Positions 38,121 to 49,668 of a stretch of 64,000 bases of DNA are shown here, piece by piece (positions within the stretch are counted from its first letter, which is position 1; each line of letters opens with the position of its first letter). A model generated the notes under the pieces. It saw only the letters and a list, made by a program, of their open reading frames with translations, was not told the origin of the DNA and ran no database searches. Source of the stretch: Selaginella moellendorffii (lineage: Eukaryota; Plantae; Lycopodiophyta). The stretch covers positions 325,766-389,765 of the forward strand of contig NW_003314286.1 of the NCBI RefSeq assembly GCF_000143415.4. Reading direction: 5' to 3'. The position numbers and the translations under genes were made by a program.

Positions 38121-39388
38121 CAACTTGGTACGTGTTGTTCAAAAAAGAACTTAAAATGACACTTCTTTCAAATAACAATCACCATCAAGGATTATACTCT
38201 ATATAAAAGGATTTTCTAATAAAGAGAACTTAAATAAAGGAGTTCATAAAAATATTTTTATATACTGAAGAATATTCTATTAAGGTTTTAGCTGTAATAT
38301 TTTTATTAAACAGGTATTTTAAAAATATTAATTTAAGCATCTAATCATTGTGGGCAATAATTGCTATTTGATAGAGATTTTGCATTATCACCTAATTTTG
38401 AGAATAAATTATTATTTTATTATCTAATAATTAGTACTTATACTAAATATTAAAATTATATATCTATATCATGTTTTCATTACATTTTTAGTGTAATTAA
38501 AAAAATGGCCTTTATTTTTTTCAGTCTAATTTATAGATAAAATTTATTTTAATTTCAAATACAATATCAATATCTATTTTTTTTCACCTCATATTCAGAT
38601 GTTATAATGAATCCAAAATTTAACACTTGGATCCATCCTATGCAAATGATAAAATACTCTAGAATTTTAACATTTAAAGAATTATGTGTAATTGCAACTT
38701 TGTTGTAAAGCTTTCTATTTACAATATCACTTCCATAACTGAGAATTATATACTTGTGCTGATGGTATTGCTGCTTGATCTTGATCTTTTACTTTTAATT
38801 ATAATGATTTTGAGTATGTTGTCTTTGCTTCCTTTGACCAAGTATTTGTAATCTCATATATTTGTTGTTTCTCGTCTACTAATATGAAATCAAGAAAGAT
38901 TTAAAGAACTTGAATTGTAATTATAAAGTTTGTATATATATACAGGGCATGGTTGAAAGAAGAATATAACATCTAATCTACAATAAAATCTTGGAGAAAA
39001 TTAAGTCCCATATATACTAATGAAAAAAGTTCTATATACTAACGTAAATACGTTTGTGAATAGGCTTATATAGATTTAAACTGACCAAACACTATAAATC
39101 TATAATTGGTTTGCATAAGCAAACCTGTAGCAGTATTGATTATATTTAAATATGCTTGGAGATTCTAGGATAATTTAATAGCTAATAGTTTTTGTTCATT
39201 TAGATTAATCTTTTTATTTATAATTTATAATCTTTCCTAAACACTTTGTAGTATATTCTTGTTTATTCTACTATTGATATGGAATAATATTAATCTTGAC
39301 TTATAAATTATAAATATGTTTATAACTATTGATCAATTAAAATACTCAATGAATGATACTAAGTATTGTCTCTCATATTTTTTATCCT

Positions 39389-40436
39389 TCACCATGGTGT
39401 GCCAGCTAAGATCCTTTTGCGTCTTTTCAGGTACCATCTTTGTTTGGGTTTCATGGACAGCTCCATCAACCTTGCATCACACTCTTTCCTTGCAAAGTTT
39501 ACCAACCTCCCGAGATAAGCTTTTCTCTCATTGAGCAAGCATGCTGAGTAGTGGATTCCATCCAGATTTCTCTCCCAGATCTGTGAGTGGAGCCTCTTCT
39601 CTGCTAAGTCACTGTGTGCCTTGAGCGCCACCATGAAAGACTGAGCGTTTGGCTGCTGGCTTGCTCATAGCACTCAAGAGCAAAGGTTGTTCTCAGCATA
39701 TCCCAGGAAACAATGTTTTGCTACTCCATGCAAAGTCTCAGCGTTTGGAGGCAGGCCAGCTTCTCGTTGCATCTGATAGAAGACGTGCTGTCCCATGATG
39801 ATCGTGTTCCAGGCAACCAACGTCATGTTTATTTGTCCTCCTGAACACTTCTGATGCTTCCACATGTCCACCAGGCTGCTTGTGACGAATGCATCGGCTT
39901 TGTATTCACAATTTGCGAGGTAGACCAACCTATCCTGTTCTTCGTCCCATCCTGTTGAACAACCTGTGTTGCAGTGTAGACTTCGACCATACTTTCACAA
40001 TTGCACTTTCTTGAATGATGCTCTTGACTCTGGAAAAACTTATCTGGCCGCTATGCCCTGCACTGCTTCTTCTCATCGAAGTTCAGCTTTGAGCGCCTGC
40101 AAGAACAGAGAGCAAAAGTAGTACGTTACCTTTTCTCAAACCTTCCGTCTCAAGCAACTTCTCTGGCCTTTGGAGGTGCACTAACGTCTGCTCCCCCGTC
40201 ACTCTAGAGGATAGCTCAGTCAAATCGAAACTTGGTAGGTTCTTGCTCTATTTTCCAGTCCATGTTCCGAGCCACCTGTGCAATAACTTCCAAGTCTGGT
40301 GACTTCCACCAGTTGACCCTTGTATGTGATCTTCACTGTCCGTGAGCAAGATCCTGCTGTCTTCTTGCTCTGCAACTTCATCTCCTTGAAGATTGTTTCT
40401 ACACAATCTTCCATGTGACAACGCATGCACTGTGCT
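39389..40436 (-). pseudogene. PPR gene relic, copy 3
   Basis: EYKADAFVTSSLVDMW...LVAWNTII...VFYQMQREAG. Confidence 0.65.
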
Positions 40437-40439
40437 GAC

Positions 40440-41184
40440 TTACGCGTCACTGCCGGTGTTGGCAGGACACTTTGAGGAGAATCCTAGAGTGCCATTGCTG
40501 TGCGAACCACGAGTGTGAGCTTCCAGCTGTTTCTTTTCAGTGGGAGGATCCTCCACCACAACTTCGATCTGCCACCCGGGATCCTGAAAGATCACATTAC
40601 TGCGCTGCTTCCTTCGAGATAACATCCATCGCACGAGGCAAAAGCACGCGAGCAGCACCAAGATCGCAACCAAAACCCAGAGAAGAAGCTGGAGCAGCGA
40701 CCACGGCGTCCTCCGAACCACTGTAACTACTGCTGCGGGTGTTGGTGTGGCCACTGCTGCGTCGTGGCCGTCGCGGCGATTGGTGGTGGTGGTGGTGGTG
40801 GTGGTGGTGGTTGTGGCGTCCTCCATGGTGGTGACCATGGTGGTGACCATGGTGATGGTGTTGAACAACCAGAGGAGCTCCATCACCGTGATGATGATGG
40901 TACACTGCTGCTGCTGGAGCTGGATGGTGGTGGCGAGCATGATCGAGGATAGCAGGCGCTGGAGCTAGATGAGCAGGGTGGCCGTGAGCAGGGTGAACGA
41001 AAGCAGCTGGCGCTGGGGCTCGATCTGGAGCGTCACCTTGAAGAACTGGAGCTAAAGCTGGCGCTGGCTCGTGGCCTTGGTGTCCATGGTGGTGTGCTGC
41101 ATGTGCTGGAGCTAGAGCTGGGTGATGGCCGCCCGCTTGAGCTCGGCGGGCAAGCATTGGGGCGGCGTGAGCGCGAGAGACCAT
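40440..41184 (-). pseudogene. His/Ala/Pro-rich single-pass membrane protein, copy 3 (one frameshift at ~40781)
   Basis: ATG frame open through the His tract. An extra base (CGATTGG versus CGATGG in copy 1) shifts the TM and tail into another frame. Confidence 0.7.
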
Positions 41185-41729
41185 AGCTTACCTGACAAGA
41201 GCTTCGACAATAGAAAAATCCAAGTGAGAAAGATTATAACCTAACCCTTGACTTACAAAAATAAAGAGGTACTTTTGGCTTTGTGAAAAATAAAAACGAG
41301 TATACTCTGAGAGCTGGTGACGCTATGGATTGTCAGCAAGGGTGCCATCGGGCTTGAGCATGCCAAAGAGCTCAAACCTAGATGTGAACAGCGATTTAAT
41401 CTCACAATCACAAAATGCTCTAGGTATTTCAAAAAGAGAAAACAACTTTGGCAACTCCTTTCCAAGCTCACAGTGAACGAAATTTTTTTACTCGCTTTTT
41501 CAAACTTCTGGAAACTTGGCACTCATTGAATGTGAGTCATGGAGCTCATAGAGACGCTCAGCCAGCAGCGTGCACAAACTACTTCCTTTTGCAAAAAAGT
41601 GGGAAAATCTATCCATTGCTCTTTTGATATTCTCACAGTGCAACATAGCTCCATATTGATATTGATCCACAGCTCCTCCAGAGTAGAATCGGTCAAAATG
41701 CCTGGAATGATCCAACAATCATACATATT

Positions 41730-41751
41730 TGGAGATGCTAATATCAATCCC
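41730..41751 (-). pseudogene. 3'-end remnant of tRNA-Ala
   Basis: TGGAGATGCTAATATCAATCCC at the position paralogous to 24515. Confidence 0.6.
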
Positions 41752-42793
41752 AAAAATCCAAAGCTTTTCTTTTCACCATTCTAGTACTTATCCTGGGATT
41801 TCAAGAGCTTTTTAAGAGATGAGGTTCAGAAGGACCAGCAAGCTTTTATAGCCAAGCAGCTGCATGGAAATGATATGTACATACTCAAGGTCATGAAATC
41901 TAATTTTGGCACATCCTATGAAGTGCTCTAGGTTTAGATTTGTAGAGCATACCCTCAAAAGAGATCTGTGTGGAATCCACAGGATGGGCTGCTTGATGTG
42001 TACAAGAAGGAACTCCTCTATTCTAGGTCATACCAATTTGATTTATATTGTATTGGTTTTACGAATTGCTTTACTCATCCTCTTGAATAACATTGCAAAG
42101 CAAAACACTAGCCCTTGTTCTTGTGAATATTATTATTATATTATGTATTATTATTTTAATTATTAGTAACACTAATATTATTTGGTATTTTGGTTTGCTA
42201 GTAAACATATTTAGCTACATAATTGTAATGCTAAAAGTATTTTAAAATGAGTAACTTTTCTTTCTTACAAAATTTCAAAATTGGAAACGTCACCTTCACA
42301 TTTTTTCAAAGTTTAAGAGCATTTGCTTTTGGTATCTCATAGCCCCTGAACAAACAAATAGAGATATTGGGCACTCTTGATCAATTCAAATAAACTAGTC
42401 ATTAAAAACTTACTAGAATCTGCCAATAGAGAGAGCCAAGTCAACAGAAGGAGTCATTAAGAATAGACTTTTAAAATATTCTGGTACATTAAAGAATATT
42501 TTCTTAATATTTTAGTGGCTATATTTTTATTAAAGTAGTATTTTAAACAAACTAATAATTTAAATAATATTTAAATATGAATGGGAATATTTCCTAATTG
42601 ATAGAGGTTTTGCCTTGTAACCTAATTTACAGATGAAAGTATTATTTTAAGATCTAATAATTGGTATTATTAAGTATTTAATTATTACTGTAAAATTCAT
42701 TTGAGTGTAACTTTGAGAAATGCCCTTTGCTATTTTATATGTAACTTATAAATAATATTTTATAATAAATATTTTAAATTCAAATACAATATA

Positions 42794-43257
42794 TGAGTGT
42801 ACGGCTACAATGCTATATACTAATATTAGTGTAGTGGGATTTTGGTAGCTGTTGGATTGGTTTCAATCTGGACCACTCACTTTTGTATATAAGCTAGGGT
42901 TTTTGGGCTAATTGATATACACATTTTATGTACTTCCTTTCCATATTCCAAACACTCACATGGGTGGAGGTGAGGGGCACTTTTGGAGGTGAGGGGCACT
43001 TTTGATTATCTTTAAGGAGTGCTTGAATTTGGGATTTTAGTTTAGATCTAGCTTTTGCATTGTCTAGATCTAGCTTTTTCCATTTTTTTTCTTTTATTTT
43101 TCCCTTTTAGGATTTTTGTTTAGATCTAGCTTTTTGCATTGTCTAGATCTCCCATTTCCTTTTCGCTTTTTGTTGTTTCTCTTCTTTTGCTCTTTTTTCA
43201 TCCGTCTTTATGGCAAATCAACAATTTCCTGCAATAGTTGTACAATTGCTTGATGCT
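42794..43257 (+). mobile_element. Family-B 5' LTR, PBS and leader fragment
   Basis: Aligns to 25410-25860; LTR ends CTCACA at 42960. Confidence 0.85.
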
Positions 43258-43401
43258 TGGCGCTGGCTCGTGGCCTTGGTGTCCATGGTGGTGTGCTGCA
43301 TGTGCTGGAGCTCGCGGGTGTGAAGCTCGGTGATGGCCACCATGCCAGGGCGCTTGAGCTCGGCGGGCAAGCATTGGGGCAGCGTGAGCGCCAGAGACCA
43401 T
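43258..43401 (-). pseudogene. His-rich gene, copy 4 (5' part only)
   Basis: MVSGAHAAPMLARRAQAPWHGGHH..., truncated at the family-B fragment. Confidence 0.7.
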
Positions 43402-43854
43402 ATCTTACCTGACAAGAGCTTCGACAATAGAAAAAACCAAGTGAGAAAGATTATAACCTAACCCTTGACTTACAAAAATAAAGAGGTACTTTTGGCTTTG
43501 TGAAAATAAAAACGAGTGTACTCGAGAGCTGGTGACGCGGGCTTGAGCATGCCAAAGAGCCCAAATGTGAACAGCGATTTAATCTCACAATCACAAAATG
43601 CTCTAGGTACAAATGTTTCAAAAAGAGAAAACAACTTTAATTTGATAGCAAATCCTTTTTAGGCTCATGAAATTATGGAAGTAAAAGGAATATTTCAAGA
43701 ATCTACTTCCAGATCTTTCTTCGAGCATATTCCAGAAGAGGGGGATATACCTTTCTTTTCCATAAACCTAATAAGAGAACGATTGTTCTTTACCATCGCA
43801 AAATTTTCACAAAAACTAGCAAATCAAAATGTAGCTTTGGGCTGAGATGAGCGC

Positions 43855-44759
43855 TCACGAGACCTGGATCTGGGTCACCTTCTTGGCCTCGGGCTTGATC
43901 TTGGGCACCACGACGATGAGCACGCCGTTCTTGAGCTCCGCCTTGATGCTCCCCTTGTCAACCTCCTTGGGCAGCACCATCCTCGTGTTGTAGCTCCGGC
44001 TGTCGCCAAACACGTCTCCCTCCGCGGCCTTGCGCTCGCCGCGGATCACCAGCTCCTCGTCCTCCACGCCGATGCTCACCTCCGACTTGTCCAGCCCCGG
44101 CATGTCCACGCGGATGATGAAGGCCTCGGGCTTCTCCACGATGTCCCATGGCGTCCTCATGCTCGTGCGCGGGGATACTCCTCCCAAGGCGGCCGGAAAG
44201 GCGGCGGGGCTGTCAACGTAGCGGTCGATCGTGTCCAGCATCTGGCGGAGGCTCCTTGGCTCCCAGATGTCTGCCATGGAAAAGAAGAGGAATTTCATCA
44301 GCGATCAGCAAGAAAATGCGATGGAGCCACTGCAAAATCAGAGCGACGGCCGATCTAACCCCGGAACCAAGAGGACAGCAAGAACAACGCAAAGAGGGAG
44401 ATGGCCCGATCGAGCGCAAAATATGAAGAAAAACGATCTAAGAATCTCGTCAGCGGCCGGTCTAACCCCGGAAATGCTAGAACAACGCAAGAAATGGGGA
44501 GATCGACCGATGGAGAGTGAAATGAGCGAAGTATCGAAAGAAGACCGATGATCTAAGGGAGAGCCGCGGATTTCTCACCAAAGACCCCGAACGGGAGGAA
44601 CGGCGAAACATCCTTGCGGATGCCTCGGCGCTGCTGATCCTGGGGCGCCTGCTGCGCCGCGGCGGCCGCGGCGGCGTTAGAGTAGCCGCGATGATTCGCC
44701 CTGGCAATGCACGCCTTGAGCTGCTTGGGAGAAACCCTAGCCACGATCTTGCTCGCCAT
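43855..44759 (-). CDS. Organelle-targeted small heat-shock protein (HSP20/alpha-crystallin); exons 44759-44579 and 44270-43855
   Basis: Transit-like N-terminus, RSLRQMLDTIDR, RTPWDI...RVDMPGL...IKAELKNGVL. Confidence 0.93.
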
Positions 44760-44830
44760 AGCTCCGCTGCTGACAAACACAAGAGAATGGATCGAACCAG
44801 AAGAAAAACCCTGGGGTTTTAAACGGGGCT

Positions 44831-44850
44831 CGTCTAGAAGATTCTAGACC
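44831..44850. promoter_or_regulatory. Heat-shock element
   Basis: gTCtaGAAgaTTCtaGAc alternating nGAAn units, ~10 bp upstream of a TTTAAAA TATA-like box. Confidence 0.75.
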
Positions 44851-44907
44851 CACGCTAAGTATATGCCTGTCGAATATGCGCATTCAAATTTTCGCGCGCG
44901 TCGTCTC

Positions 44908-47568
44908 TCACGAATGCCAAATCTTGTGATCGCCTGTGAGGAGATTTTGCCATCTCTTCCGGAGCGATCCAATCGCCTCTTCGTGAGGAACTGTTTGGAT
45001 CAAAATCTTGCCCTCTTTCGGAAGCACCGTGATCACTCCTAGTCGAGAGAGTGTTTCCACGGCTTCCTTGACAGGCATTTCAATCTGGAAGAAAACCAAA
45101 GCAAGCCGGTGGATTTGCTTCAAAAACCAAAACCATGAGAGAAAGGCAGACCTGTTGTTTAAATCTGTCATTGACGTACTGTTCGCAAATCGATCCAACG
45201 TGATCCAGATTTGTATCTTCGTGTCTGAGACGGCTGTGAAGCAGCAATCCATACAGCAAAACCGCTTGCTTAAACTGCACAAAACCACGATGGTGATTTG
45301 GGCCTCCCGATGGTTTCGTGTGTGTGAGTAAAACCTGTTGCTCTTCCGAAGCATCGATGAGGAAATGCACGACTCCGAAACCACTGGCAAGAGTTTTCTC
45401 GTTGAGTCTCTTACTCACTAGAAGCTGGGCCGAAGGAAAGAAGGTTAATCTGTTTAGAACAGCCACAGCTTTACCTGGTATCTGTCCCAAGTTTGCTTGT
45501 AACCGAGGGACACTCTGGTGACGAAAACCAGCAGCGACACCGTTGCGACAATGTCAAGGATAAATGCGGACCTGGGAGATCACACTTTTGTAAGAAATGC
45601 TGCCACATAAAGGCTTACGGGGAACTTAAGAGGTCATCGAATCTGTAATTCACAAGAAAAGCAAGAAGCCCGGCAATTGTTGTAAGATCCAAACGAACCT
45701 AGTGCAAAATGGTGATTCCTACAATGGTAGAAACTTAAAAGCTGTACTTACTGTGTCAAGCAGTCTAAAGCTCAGCTTCTTGTTTGGAAACACAACCTGC
45801 AATTGTGAAAAAACACTCAGCTTTCTATGGCATAATGTTCACAGGAAGTAACTTACCTTGAGATCGGGAACAGGAATGTTGTTGTAAGTGTTCAGCTCGA
45901 GCCTCAAATGATCTGATGGATCCACGCCAACGTGTACTGGAGCTCTTTCGTGCATCACAACAAGCTCTTTGAAAGCCGGTTCCTGCAAATCACGACACTT
46001 TATTGCCTCAAATCGAGCCTCAACCATGAAAGCAAACCTCCAAGCTTGATTTTGTGAGAAAAACCGAGAAAACGTTTTTCAGCTTTTCCCAAACGCTGCT
46101 TCTCAGCTTGGATTCCAGAGCAGGAAGCAGTATGTCTCCCATGGAAACCCTGTTTAGATAACTTGGCCTGAAGAAAAAAGAGAAGGCTCAAAACTAAAGT
46201 TCTCTCGAGGACGAGAAGCTACCTTAGCGATGGTTCCTTTGTTGGTGACGATTCGGGGAAGAGATTAGTCACCTCGGTCTTCTCCGGCGGTAGAATTCGC
46301 ATCCACGTAAGAAATCTCCGGATCAACTTGCCACGAGAGCCAGCAGATGATAAAACAGCTTCGTATCGTGGAACAGCTCGCTGTGCCGCGGCCCACATTG
46401 GTAAGTTGTGTCCCTGGTATTCGAACAACTCGTCGGGGGCCAAAGGCTCCTCAAGCCACTTTCGCAGCGCTTCCGTCCATGTATTCTCCACCTTTTGCTT
46501 CTGATCAAACATGCACCGAGAATGCGAAAAGAAGTAAAGCTTACCTTCATTTTCCCGAGCAATGGCCGTGCAAAGAGATAGAAAACCCTGCGAAGAATCC
46601 ACGATTGCAAGTAGTCCAGCTTTGCACCAAAGAGAAAGCCTTCCTGTTTCTCAGTTGCGTAGCCGCGCCTGCAAAAAGAATAAAAGTTGGACATGGAAAC
46701 TTTGGAAACAAAGAAAACAGAAAAAAGAAAAACCTGTAGAAGAAAGGAAGAACAGTACCTGAAGATTATAACGTTGGCTGACGACGTGCTCTTCCAATCG
46801 ATGTCGATCGGCAGCGTGAGGAGATAGTCGGAATTCAGAGCTGTGGTTAGCTGCAAGTCCCGTGCCGAGAGCTCTTGAAACTGCGCTCTCCGGAGAACGA
46901 GCATGATATTCTGCTGGAAGCGAGACGTCCTGTCCTGCCAAAGAGACCATCACTTAAACTCCTGGCAATGGCCATGAAAGTTTTTCTATCGTGCCTGCTG
47001 GAAGGCGCTGCTGCCCTCCCATTCTCCTTGATGTTGAGCGTGCTCTTGTGGTCTTGCTGGGAAATGGACGCAAAACTATCCACGCGAAGCTCCTCGAGCA
47101 GGGATTTGTGCTCGGCATGGAGGATAGACTCTAGGCAGCTGGAAGAATGCAAGAACTTCAATACAAAAGGTTGCTAGTGATCTCTTTCTTCTATAGCTTA
47201 ACGTGGAAGAACTTACACGAAACTTACGAGCAAATGGTGAGAAACTGGGATCTCTCCTCCTCGTCGTTGCCGGCGGAAGAACGCAGCCCTTGCGAGAGGC
47301 TTGTCACCAAATCGAGCTTCGAAACCTGGATGTACTTCTGCCTGGTCACTGGGATCCTGGTGACATACCCCTGGCTGCCATCGCCCTCGTAATCCTGGAG
47401 ATCGAAAGCGCGCCTCGTTTCCTCCAGCTCAACGCTCGTTTCAGCGAGCGGAATGGGATCCTGGCGCTTGAGACTAGCAACTTTCGGGCGGAGAATCCTA
47501 TCCTGGTGGCCAGGGAGTGGAAGAAATCGCGAGCGCCAGGAGCGATTGCCATGGCCGGAGAGCGCCAT
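44908..47568 (-). CDS. DUF3754 family protein, multi-exon, probably plastid-targeted
   Basis: RQKYIQVSK, LESILHAEHK..LEE, ALNSDYLLTLPI.IDW, RRGYATEKQEG...KLDYLQS motifs. Confidence 0.8.
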
Positions 47569-47706
47569 TTGGCATTTGCCACGACACAAAAGAATTAAAG
47601 TTTGTGGTTTTGATATCTACTCACACGATGGTCTCTCTCCTCTTTCTTTCTCTCTTGTCTCTAGGATCGCGAGGATCGTCTCGTCTCGTCTCGTCTCGGC
47701 TATCCT

Positions 47707-49558
47707 CTATCCTGGGAAGCGTGTTCCAAAGATCCGGAAGCGCCGGCTCGTCCATGGCTGCTCCTTGTCCACATAGTAGGACTTGATGCAGCACGAGACG
47801 TATGGTGGCGTAGTATCCAGGCCATCGCTCGCGCACAGCAGCCTGCTGAAGCTCCTCTCGAGAGCGCCCAGGCAAGCGTCCTCGGCCTCCCTGCGAGCCG
47901 CGGGATAGCCATTGAAGAACCTCTCCTGTTGTCACACAAAGTTGGTGCTAGCGTGTTCTTGAGAAGAAAGCAAGCTTTACCCCGTCCTCGGCGAACAAGT
48001 AGGCGTGGATCTGCGCTGTGGGATCCTCCAGAGTGAGCTGCAGCTGGTACACATACTGCCCGTTTACGCAGCGGCAGAAGTCGACTGCTCTGGGAGGATT
48101 TGCCGATCGCACGCGCACCAGGCACCGAAACTTGTATGTCACCTGAATCGCTACAAAGTTAGATGAAGATAGTCTCGCGAGTAGCAAACCTGCGGCCATG
48201 CCAGAACCTCCCTCAAGCTTGAGTAAGGAACGTGATCGTAGTCCGTGACTGCAAGCCCAACGCTGTCAAGTTCTTTCCAAGCAAGAAAGCTGCTTGCCTG
48301 TGAGTGATAGGAGCGGCTTTGGACAGTTTTCCGGCAATCCTGCCTCGGCGGAAGCAAGGCGGTGCTCGTACCACCTGCAGGCAGCGTTTCCGGTGAATGA
48401 CAGAAAGCTGGGATGAAATACCTTTCAGCTTCTTCCACATTTGGATAGTCAGAAGCAAGGATACTGATCTTGCTGTCCCGAGTGAAGACGCCTTCCAGCT
48501 TGCCTCCGCAGTTTCGGCTCGTTATGTTCCGGAACTTGACCCAGCTCCCGACTCGCGGAATCCAGTCCCCGTGTTCGTCGGAAGCAAAGTCGACAACGAC
48601 TTGTAAGACGGTGCCTTTCGAAGGGAACTGCCGCAGTGTCACGAGTGGTAGCGATGGGCTCTCCACACTTCACAAAAGCAGCTTATAAGACAAACCAAGA
48701 ACAAAGCGGAATACTGACAAGGGAAGAGATGTTGTTGCTGGTGAATCCGTGCCATCCCAGACGTATACAAACGTAGGACAGTCGTCGGACAGCCTGCTTA
48801 CGTGAAGCACCTGAAGACCCAAAGTAAAAAACAAATCTAGACAAGAAAACCATCAGCAAACCTTGCAGCACAAATCGAAATAGGAGTGGGGTTCTTTGAT
48901 GTCTCTTATTCGGACGAGGTACTCAGTCGAAACTGATGAACAAGATGAGAAGAATGAGGAAAGAAAAGTAAAAAAGATCGTTACAAACATACGAGGCTTG
49001 GAAAGATGAGTGCTCCTCCATGCTCGCATCAAGTCCAGAATCCTTCGGTCGTGTTCCTCGAACGTGAATGCGTTGGACGAGATCTGATAAGGCTCGTTGC
49101 TGCCACCACTGCCGCCATCGAACACAGCAAATGCGGATGCTTTGCCCAAGCTGGCAACCGCCTGAGGCGATCCCTTGTGAATATCAATCTGAAAGAACCA
49201 CAGAAAAATGAGAAGGCTAACTATCGGAGGAAAGCTTACCCGGACGCGATGGAAACGTATAATGTCGTGGAGAGCTCTAACGTAGGGGACGTGATCTTTG
49301 GAGCCGAACACGAGAACCCGCAAGCCGGGCGAGGACATATCAGCCACAGTCATCGTGCAGATCATGTCTAGCAGCATTTGTGAGAAATATTTGTGAGAAA
49401 CCAAAGAAGAGATTCAAGCAAAGAATGCGAGTACCTTTGCCCTTCGTGGGCTTTGGAAGCGAGTAGTCGATGACAACGCCATAGAAGTTTACCTGTTGCT
49501 CCACGGCGATGCAAGCGTCCTTGAGTTTCATGTATTCGTACTTCCCTTCTCCCTCCAT
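47707..49558 (-). CDS. POT1: Protection of telomeres 1 (OB-fold telomeric ssDNA-binding protein)
   Basis: VNFYGVVIDYSLPKPTKG.D..CT..VAD, DIIRFHRV, GSWVKFRN, LTLEDPTAQIHA, C-terminal CCIKSYYVDK..PW.SRRFRIFGT. Confidence 0.92.
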
Positions 49559-49668
49559 GGCGCGCGTAAACCCTATCAAACATCGAACAAACCATGAATA
49601 AAAAACGAATTTGATTGAAGTAAAGAGTCTTTACATGTTCTCGCTGGCACTAGGACGACGCATCGTAG

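Larger units (their letters stand above)
39215..42785. repeat. Tandem-duplication unit, copy 3
   Basis: Near-identical to 15710-19150; for example, the same 72-aa ORF translation occurs at 15795 and 39316. Confidence 0.9.

Noticed and set aside
47346-47582. Transit-peptide-like alternative frame upstream of DUF3754
   Set aside because: Ends at a stop; the conserved RQKYI motif is in the other frame, which has its own ATG.
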